A stretch of 64,000 nt of DNA, taken from an uncultured Acidobacteriota bacterium. Lineage in GTDB: Bacteria > Acidobacteriota > Thermoanaerobaculia > UBA5066 > Gp7-AA6. Within the stretch, counting starts at the first letter, position 1. The number at the start of each line of letters is the position of its first letter. The position numbers and the translations under genes are program-made. Under the pieces are notes generated by a model. It did no database searches. It saw nothing but the letters and a program-made list of their open reading frames with translations, and was not told where the DNA came from. The stretch is taken from contig CAVXTP010000012.1 of assembly GCA_963764715.1 (NCBI GenBank), positions 1 to 64,000 of the forward strand. The letters are read 5' to 3'. This document shows, one piece after another, positions 57,725-64,000 of this stretch.

Positions 57725-58315
57725 TCAGCTCGGCCGTCCGCAGCCGGTCTCGAGAAACGGGCTGCGCCATTGGTCGATCTCGAAGGGCGCCACGAGAAGG
57801 CGTGCGAGGTACCAGAACTTCTGGCTGTCCTCCCCTTCCCTCGCGATGGCGAAGGCAGCGTGGATGAGGCGTTCGCCGACGACCGCCTGGTGGATCCAGA
57901 GGCCGAGACCGTACCGGTACGCGTTGTTGCGGAACGCGTGGAAGCGCTGCTTGCCGTGAAGATCCAGGCGGCCCGTATCCGAGAAGATCTCGGCCAGGGG
58001 CGCGGAATAGCGGCCCCGGCGCATCAGCCTCCGCAGGATCAGGCCCCTCGCGCCGGTGACCGTGTTGCGCTCCTCGGAGACACCGAGGGCGGTCACGTCG
58101 CCGTCGTCGTCCAGAGGCTCGTGGAGGGCGGCCTCGATCTCGGCGAGCACGCGGGTCGAGCGTTGGGCGAAGGCGGTCACTTCGAGAGAGCGGTCGGTCA
58201 TGCCCGGCGGAGGGCACTCCAGCGTGTGCATGTCCTTCGCGACGCCGGAAGGGATGGGGCGGAAGTCGAATGTGACGTCCTTGCCGGACGGCTGGTGGTG
58301 TTCGTCTGGACTCAT
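57725..58315 (-). CDS. hypothetical protein
   Basis: GGGAGAG upstream, normal globular composition and GC-ending codons; no recognised motif. Confidence 0.65.
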   Translation of the reverse strand: MSPDEHHQPSGKDVTFDFRPIPSGVAKDMHTLECPPPGMTDRSLEVTAFAQRSTRVLAEIEAALHEPLDDDGDVTALGVSEERNTVTGARGLILRRLMRRGRYSAPLAEIFSDTGRLDLHGKQRFHAFRNNAYRYGLGLWIHQAVVGERLIHAAFAIAREGEDSQKFWYLARLLVAPFEIDQWRSPFLETGCGRPS

Positions 58316-58494
58316 CGGTGGATGTCTCTCCCCTGACCGAGCATCTCGTTGCGGGGCGACAGTTGACGTCCGAGTCACCGAGCAGCCTGTCTGACGCACC
58401 CGTCGGCCGGTCAGCCCCGCTTACGCCCGATCCCCGCCGGACGCCATCTGTCCGCCCTCCTCGCCCACCATTGCTCCCATAGGGGAGCGCCGAA

Positions 58495-58749
58495 ATGAAC
58501 GATGCGGTCGGCGAGGGTGAATCGCGCATGGACGACGAGACCTTCTGGGCGAAGTACCTGGCCGACGGACGGCCGTTCCGCGAGATCGTGCAGGACCCGG
58601 GGATCTACTTCACGCCGGAGCGGGGGTGGGTGTTGCCCGAGGCGCCGCCGGGCTATGACTGGGTTCCTGAGAACGGCGGGATCCAGAGCGGCGGCCAGCC
58701 GAATCTGCGGCTCTGGCCGAAGGGGTGCTACCCGCCGAGCGGGGAGTGA
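58495..58749 (+). CDS. small hypothetical protein (Trp/Pro-rich)
   Basis: GGGGAG RBS; 84 aa. Confidence 0.6.
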   Translation: MNDAVGEGESRMDDETFWAKYLADGRPFREIVQDPGIYFTPERGWVLPEAPPGYDWVPENGGIQSGGQPNLRLWPKGCYPPSGE

Positions 58750-58763
58750 GGGGTCCCCTCCTT

Positions 58764-59162
58764 TTACGACCGGCGCCGGCGCCGCCGATCGAAATCTCTC
58801 GGCCCCTTGCTCGGGCCGTAGGCCGCGGGCGTCTCGCGGACTTCCGTTGCTTCGACGGGCCGCGCCGACCGCAGGGGCATGACCCGCGCGAGGATGGCCT
58901 TCTCGAGGTCGCGCCGGGCGATCCTCAGGTCGTACTCGGACTGAAGGGCGAGCCACAGCTCCGCCGTCGTTCCCAGAAATCGACCGAGGCGCAGGGCGGT
59001 ATCGGCCGTTACCCCTCGCCGGCCCCGAACGATCTCGGAGACGCGCGTTACCGGGACGTGGATCGCCCTGGCGACAGCGTTCGCCGACAGGCCGAGCGGC
59101 CGCATGAACTCCTCCTCGAGGATCTCGCCGGGATGGATGGGATCGAGCCGTGCTTTCTTCAT
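58764..59162 (-). CDS. higA: HigA family antitoxin
   Basis: PIHPGEILEEEFM.PLGLS...RVSEIVRGRR.VTADTALRL..F.GTT.E.W..LQ. Confidence 0.93.
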   Translation of the reverse strand: MKKARLDPIHPGEILEEEFMRPLGLSANAVARAIHVPVTRVSEIVRGRRGVTADTALRLGRFLGTTAELWLALQSEYDLRIARRDLEKAILARVMPLRSARPVEATEVRETPAAYGPSKGPRDFDRRRRRRS

Positions 59163-59449
59163 CGTTTCTCCCCGTGGTAGTCGACGATCTCGACGTCGAA
59201 GGCGTCGTTTCCGCTCCATACGAAGCAGATCCGCCACTGATCGTTGATGCGGATGCTGTGCTGACCCTGCCGGCGGCCCTCCAGAGCCTCGAGATGATTG
59301 CCTGGCGGCACGCGGAGATCCTGAATCGAGGTTGCGCTGTTCAACAGCAGGAGCTTCCTGCGGGCCGTGCGCTCGAAGGCGCGGTAGCGAGGCACAACGT
59401 GGTCGTGGAACAGGTCCTCCGTGGCTCTGGTACGGAAGGTACGAATCAC
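59159..59449 (-). CDS. higB: HigB family toxin
   Basis: DLRVPPGNHLEAL.G.R.GQHSIRINDQWRICFVW...VEIVDYH; toxin-first gene order. Confidence 0.93.
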   Translation of the reverse strand: MIRTFRTRATEDLFHDHVVPRYRAFERTARRKLLLLNSATSIQDLRVPPGNHLEALEGRRQGQHSIRINDQWRICFVWSGNDAFDVEIVDYHGEKR

Positions 59450-59663
59450 CGTCGGATTGTACCGATTAACGGGAACCGGCACAACGCGATCGGAGGCCCG
59501 AGGTACTCTGCAGTCTGTCTGCTTCCAAGGGGCGACTTGGGAGTGCGGAGCGCCTATGCGGCGGCGGGCAACGGACCGAGCTAGAGCAACTGCGGGCGGC
59601 CACGGTCCGCCCACCGAAGGCAAGCCCCCAGCGGTAGGAGGCGCCGTCCGCAGGACGGCGACA

Positions 59664-59681
59664 ACCCAGGGCCGCCCCTAC
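59664..59681 (-). repeat. partial GTAG-type REP
   Basis: ACCCAGGGCCGCCCCTAC. Confidence 0.6.
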
Positions 59682-59691
59682 GACCGGGGAC

Positions 59692-59833
59692 CCGGAGCAA
59701 TGAAGGTCGTTCCCACGGAACGGCGGTCCGGAGCGATGAAGATGGGTTCAACGCGACGGCGTCCGGAGCGATGAAGGTGGGTTCAAGGGGGCGGGGTCCG
59801 GGGCGATGAAGATGCTTCCAAGAAGACGGTGGC
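59692..59833 (+). repeat. 4-unit degenerate tandem array, 35-36 nt period
   Basis: units start at 59692, 59728, 59763 and 59798, each beginning CCGGRGCRATGAAGRT. Confidence 0.85.
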
Positions 59834-59880
59834 CCGGACGACCGGGGCGTTCCAGGAAACGCTGACCCGAGGAGGTATCG

Positions 59881-60477
59881 ATGAAGCAATCCAAGATACC
59901 CGACGCATCCGCCCACCGCTACGGCAAGGCCCTCGCCTACGCAGCCGAGAAGCACGCCGGCCAGAAGCGCAAGGGAACTCGGATCCCCTACATCTCCCAC
60001 CCGCTGGCGGTGGCGAGCCTGGTGCTCGAGGCCGGCGGCGGCGAGGACGAGGTGATCGCGGCGCTGCTGCACGACGTGGCGGAGGATCACGGCGGGCAGG
60101 AGGCGCTCGACGAGATCCGGGCGAAGTTCGGGATGGGGGTGGCCGCGATCGTCGAGGGCTGCACGGACACGCTCGAAAGCCCGAAGCCGAAGTGGCGGCC
60201 GCGCAAGGAGGCCTACGTCGAGAACCTGCGGGGGGCGCACCGATCCGTGCGGATCGTGGCGACGGCCGACAAGCTCCACAACGCGCAGACGATCCTGCGG
60301 GACTACCGCAGCGAGGGCGAGAGGGTCTGGAAGCGGTTCAAGGCGTCGAAGGAGGACGTGCTCTGGTACTACGGCGCCGTCACGCGCGCGCTCGAGGCGC
60401 GGGGGTCGAGCCCGCTCGTCGAAGAGCTCGACCGGGTGGTCGGGGAGATCATGCGGGAGGCGCGGGGGAAGGGCTAG
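59881..60477 (+). CDS. RelA/SpoT-type HD hydrolase (Mesh1/small alarmone hydrolase-like)
   Basis: GAGGAGG RBS; H.GQKRKG..IPYISHP, AALLHDVAED, ADKLHN. Confidence 0.88.
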   Translation: MKQSKIPDASAHRYGKALAYAAEKHAGQKRKGTRIPYISHPLAVASLVLEAGGGEDEVIAALLHDVAEDHGGQEALDEIRAKFGMGVAAIVEGCTDTLESPKPKWRPRKEAYVENLRGAHRSVRIVATADKLHNAQTILRDYRSEGERVWKRFKASKEDVLWYYGAVTRALEARGSSPLVEELDRVVGEIMREARGKG

Positions 60478-60575
60478 GGACGAAGAGGGCAGCGGCAAAC
60501 TCCGCCCCCACGACCGGAGCCGGCCTGTGAGTTGAATCATCCGGTAGACGGCGGGTCGCGTCCGGGGCTGCCGAT

Positions 60576-60602
60576 CGAAATCAGCAAATCAGGACTGACC
60601 CC
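60576..60602 (-). repeat. GGGGTCAG-family repeat (right inverted copy)
   Basis: minus strand GGGGTCAGTCCTGATTTGCTGATTTCG. Confidence 0.9.
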
Positions 60603-60913
60603 GGAGCCCCCTCGGAGGCGTACTTCGAGGCATAGGCCGCGTCGATCGCGTCCCACAGGCGCTCGCCGCGGGCCAACCGGGCGCGGATGGGGATGTCACG
60701 CTTCAGGGCGGCGATCCGGATCGCGCCGCGGGGCTCGTCGAGAAACGCCCGCCGCCAGCCTCTGGGATCGTCGTTCCACGGACGCACGAAGACGCGACCC
60801 TTCGCGACGACGACCCAGATGCCGAGGAAGCGATGGTCGGAACCCGCACGGATGCGGAGCGCCGGGGAGGCGTCGATGAGCGAGAGGAGGCGTTTGGTGA
60901 AGCGCGCTCTCAT
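60581..60913 (-). pseudogene. DUF2255-like protein, 3'-truncated duplicate
   Basis: IWVVV..GRVFVRPW...IDAAY..KY; reads into the repeat and lacks the C-terminus present in the 63715 copy. Confidence 0.7.
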
Positions 60914-60975
60914 GCGAGGTCCCGGTTACCTCGTTCCGAAGGTCGGCGCCGACCGCCGTAGCCCTCGCGATCGCG

Positions 60976-63678
60976 TCACTTCCCCGCGACCAGCCTATCG
61001 AACCGCGGGTTCCCGCGCAGCGGGTCGAAGTTGGGGTCGATCTTCAGCCAGCCGGGGGTCAGGAAGTAAGGCATCTTCAGGAGCGGTTCGAGCTGGTCGA
61101 GGGCCTTCTCCGGCTCGCCGGTCAGGATGTAGATCTTCGCCAGCATGAGCTGGAAGTAAGGTCCGTTGAACGCGTCCTTCGAAATCGGGTCGAGCGCGAC
61201 CGCTCGCTCGCCCTCGCGGATCGCCTCTTCCTTGCGGCCGAGATACGCAAGCGAGACGCCGAGATACGCGTGAAGACTCGGATCATCCGGCGCGACCTTG
61301 AGCTGCTCCTCGACGGCCTTCGCCGCCGCGGCCGCGTGCTTGCGCGTATTGGTCGCGTCCTTCTTCAAGGCGTAGGCCTGCGCGAGGGCGAGTCCCCACG
61401 CGCTCAGGTCGTCGTCGAAGGCGTTCGACGTCAGGCGAAGCAGCAGCTGCTGTTGCGCGTCGTCGAGGACCCAACCCAGATCCTGATAGGTCGCCAGGAA
61501 GGCCACCAGACTCGGTTCATCCACGTGCGCAAGCGACGCCTTCAGCGACGCGCGAGCGGCGGGCAGGTCCCCCTCGGCAAGGAATGTCATCGCCCGAAAC
61601 TCGATGTCGTTGAGAGACGACGGAATGATCGCGAGAACGCCGTTGAACGCCTCGCGCGCCTCGGCGTAATGTCGCGATCGCGCGAGCGAGTTCCCGAGCG
61701 CGCTCAGGTTCCCCGGGTTGCGCGGATCGAGCCGCGCGGCCTGGCGAAAGCTCTCGGCCGCTCGGTCCCAGTGGCCCAGCCCCTGCTCGGTATACCCGAT
61801 TCCACGGAGAAGCATGGCGTTCGCCGGCTCGATCGCCTGCGCCTTGCGGTATTGCTCCAGGGTACCCGGGTAATCCAGGAGGACCAGTCGCCGGAACGCT
61901 CCGAGTGCGAGGTAGCCGTCTGCGCGATTCGGCGCCATCGCGATCACCTTCTCCGCGGTCTCCTGCGCGCGCCGCGAGAGCACCGGGGAAGGGAGACCAT
62001 TTCTGTAGAGCAACGAATTGGCGATCGAGACCTGGCGCCACGCGTCGATGAACGAAGGATCGAGTGCGACGGCCTGCTCGTAGAACCCCAGCGCCCTGCG
62101 AACCGTGGGCGGGTCGCTCACGGAAAGGACACCCGATGCCTCCTCCCCCCGCAGGAACGCCTCGTACGCGGCGAGATTCTGCGTCGGCTTGTCCGCGAGG
62201 CTTTTCGCCTCGGTCGTCCCGAGCGCGACGCCCAGCTCGCTGGCGACCCGGGTCGCGATGTCGGACTGCACCCGGAAGACGTCGGTCATTGCCGCATCGA
62301 AGGGCTGCTGCCAACGGGAAGCGGGAGGGCCGTCGGCCGTGATCTCGACCAGCTCCGGGCTGACCTGGACGCGATTGCCCGCGCCGCCCTTCTGTTTCTG
62401 CCAGCGGACCGTCGCGGTCAGCAGGTAGTTGGCGGAGAGCTCCTTCGCGATCTCCTGCGGCGTCTTGGTCGTCTTCTTGTAGGGCGTCGAGCTGCCGCGC
62501 GCGATGACTTCGAGGCCCGGAAGGGATGTGAGCTTGCCGCGAATCGCGTCGGCGATGCCGTCGGCGAAGTAGTCATCCTCGGGCGCGCCGAGGTTCTCGA
62601 ACGGGAGGACGGCGACGCGGCGGACGCCGGGCTTGAGGCCGGCGGCGGCGCTGGCGGGCGGTACGGCGGGCGCGGGCGCGACGGGCGCGGCCGCGGGGCG
62701 GCGCCAGACGAGAAGCGCCGCGACCGCGAAAAGGACGACGAAGGTGCCGATGGCCCAGATCGCCTTGCCGGGGCGGCGGCGGGGCGCTTCGTGAATGACG
62801 TAGGCCCCGCTCGAGATGCCGGTCGTGGGAGACGACGCCTCCGACAGGGCGAACGCCACGTCCTTGGCGGTCTGGAACCGGTTCTCGCGGTCCTTCTCGA
62901 GGCAGTGCTTCACGATGTGGTCGAGCGCGGGCGAGACGTTCCGTCCCGACTGCGTCAGCTCCGGCGGCTCCTCCTTCAGGACGGCGGCGATCGTGTCGCT
63001 CGCCGTGTCGCGCTTGAACGCCTTCTTGCCGGATAGGAGCTCATACAGGATTGCGCCGAAGGAGAAGAGGTCCGTCCGGTGGTCGACCGGCAGGCCGCGG
63101 AGCTGCTCGGGCGACATGTAGCCCATCGTGCCCATCACCGTTCCCGGCTCGGTGTGGCCGGATCCGGTGGGCGCGCTCGTCTGCTCGGCCGGCGCGGCGT
63201 CCACGCGCTTCGCCAGGCCGAAGTCGAGGATCTTGACGTGGCCGTCGTTGGTCACGAAGACGTTGTCGGGCTTCAGGTCCCGGTGGACGACGCCCTTGCC
63301 GTGCGCGGCGGAAAGACCCTTCGCGACCTGGAGCGCCCAGTCGACCGCCTGCTTCTGGGTCACGGTCGAGCCGTCGAGCTTGCCGCGGAGCGTCTCTCCC
63401 TCGAGCAGCTCGGTGACCGCGTACGAGACGCCGTCGTGCGTCCCGAAATCGAAGATCGCGAGGATGTTCGGATGCGAGAGCGCGGCGACGGCCTTGGCCT
63501 CGCGCTCGAAGCGCGCCAGCGCGTCGGCATTGGCGGTCAGCTGCGACGGGAGGACCTTGACGGCGACGTCCCGGTCGAGCTTCGCGTCCCGCGCGCGGTA
63601 GACCTCGCCCATCCCTCCGGCGCCCAGAGGCGCGAGGATCTCGTACGGGCCCAGCCGGGCTCCGGCGGACAAAGTCAT
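60976..63678 (-). CDS. Ser/Thr protein kinase with TM, TolB-like and TPR domains
   Basis: GAGGMGEVY, VAVK, HRDLKPDN, DFG, YMSPE; VAVLPFEN...DYFADG; TPRs; FDPLR..PRF tail. Confidence 0.95.
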   Translation of the reverse strand: MTLSAGARLGPYEILAPLGAGGMGEVYRARDAKLDRDVAVKVLPSQLTANADALARFEREAKAVAALSHPNILAIFDFGTHDGVSYAVTELLEGETLRGKLDGSTVTQKQAVDWALQVAKGLSAAHGKGVVHRDLKPDNVFVTNDGHVKILDFGLAKRVDAAPAEQTSAPTGSGHTEPGTVMGTMGYMSPEQLRGLPVDHRTDLFSFGAILYELLSGKKAFKRDTASDTIAAVLKEEPPELTQSGRNVSPALDHIVKHCLEKDRENRFQTAKDVAFALSEASSPTTGISSGAYVIHEAPRRRPGKAIWAIGTFVVLFAVAALLVWRRPAAAPVAPAPAVPPASAAAGLKPGVRRVAVLPFENLGAPEDDYFADGIADAIRGKLTSLPGLEVIARGSSTPYKKTTKTPQEIAKELSANYLLTATVRWQKQKGGAGNRVQVSPELVEITADGPPASRWQQPFDAAMTDVFRVQSDIATRVASELGVALGTTEAKSLADKPTQNLAAYEAFLRGEEASGVLSVSDPPTVRRALGFYEQAVALDPSFIDAWRQVSIANSLLYRNGLPSPVLSRRAQETAEKVIAMAPNRADGYLALGAFRRLVLLDYPGTLEQYRKAQAIEPANAMLLRGIGYTEQGLGHWDRAAESFRQAARLDPRNPGNLSALGNSLARSRHYAEAREAFNGVLAIIPSSLNDIEFRAMTFLAEGDLPAARASLKASLAHVDEPSLVAFLATYQDLGWVLDDAQQQLLLRLTSNAFDDDLSAWGLALAQAYALKKDATNTRKHAAAAAKAVEEQLKVAPDDPSLHAYLGVSLAYLGRKEEAIREGERAVALDPISKDAFNGPYFQLMLAKIYILTGEPEKALDQLEPLLKMPYFLTPGWLKIDPNFDPLRGNPRFDRLVAGK

Positions 63679-63714
63679 GGAAGCTGCTCGATTTTATGCG
63701 CGAAACGGCCCGGG

Positions 63715-64000
63715 TCAGCCGGGCAGGAGCTCCATCGTGGTTTTCCGACGCTTCGGGTCGACCAGGCCGCGGACCCACTTCTGCGAACCCTTCGTGGCGT
63801 ACTTCGCGGCATAGGCGGCGTCGATCGCGTCCCACAGGAGCTCGCCGCGGGCGGGGCGCGCGCGGACAGGGATGTCGCGCTTCAGGGCGGCGATCCGGAT
63901 CGCGCCGCGGGGCTCTTCGAGAAACGCGCGCCGCCAGCCTCGGGGATCGTCGTTCCACGGGCGCACGAAGACGCGCCCCTTCGCGACGACGACCCAGATG
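63715..64000 (-). CDS. DUF2255-like protein (5' end outside window)
   Basis: IWVVVAKGRVFVRPW...IDAAYAAKY...TTMEL. Confidence 0.75.
   Translation of the reverse strand, partial: IWVVVAKGRVFVRPWNDDPRGWRRAFLEEPRGAIRIAALKRDIPVRARPARGELLWDAIDAAYAAKYATKGSQKWVRGLVDPKRRKTTMELLPG

Noticed and set aside
59692-59833. CRISPR array or known riboswitch
   Set aside because: No 25-45 nt unique spacers between identical repeats, no cas genes, and no match to riboswitch consensus sequences I can recognise
1-64000. tRNA, rRNA, integrase, transposase or prophage genes
   Set aside because: No recognisable cloverleaf, rRNA, DDE, HUH or tyrosine/serine recombinase motifs by eye; a covariance/HMM scan is needed to exclude them fully

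Overview
High-GC bacterial chromosomal window. Cys-rich SLH-tailed secreted proteins, FG-GAP/TPR proteins and a TPR Ser/Thr kinase suggest Acidobacteriota/Thermoanaerobaculia; this is inference only. The left part holds a LysR/MBL/ABM unit and a form I aerobic CO dehydrogenase cluster (mocA-coxF/xdhC-coxD-coxE-coxM-coxS-coxL; CoxL motif AYRCSFR). It continues with a Spy/CpxP plus two-component system and many secreted hydrolases and repeat proteins. The right part (about 41-61 kb) is accessory and defence-like. It carries four toxin-antitoxin pairs, an orphan RHH gene, a 5'-truncated PLD gene and deaD. It also has a coupled PLD-SF2 helicase-DUF3427 plus PUA-like-HNH pair without a methyltransferase, ORFans, a 4 x 35-36 nt tandem array before a RelA/SpoT-type HD hydrolase, and a duplicated DUF2255-like gene. 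Two dispersed repeat families (GTAG-type REPs and a GGGGTCAG element) bracket genes and supply stop codons. An inverted 27-bp pair of the GGGGTCAG element delimits an 11.4-kb segment with damaged genes at both ends. Five single-base homopolymer insertions break three genes and are probably sequencing errors. No rRNA, tRNA, CRISPR array, transposase or integrase was recognised. All product calls come from motifs read by eye, with no database search.
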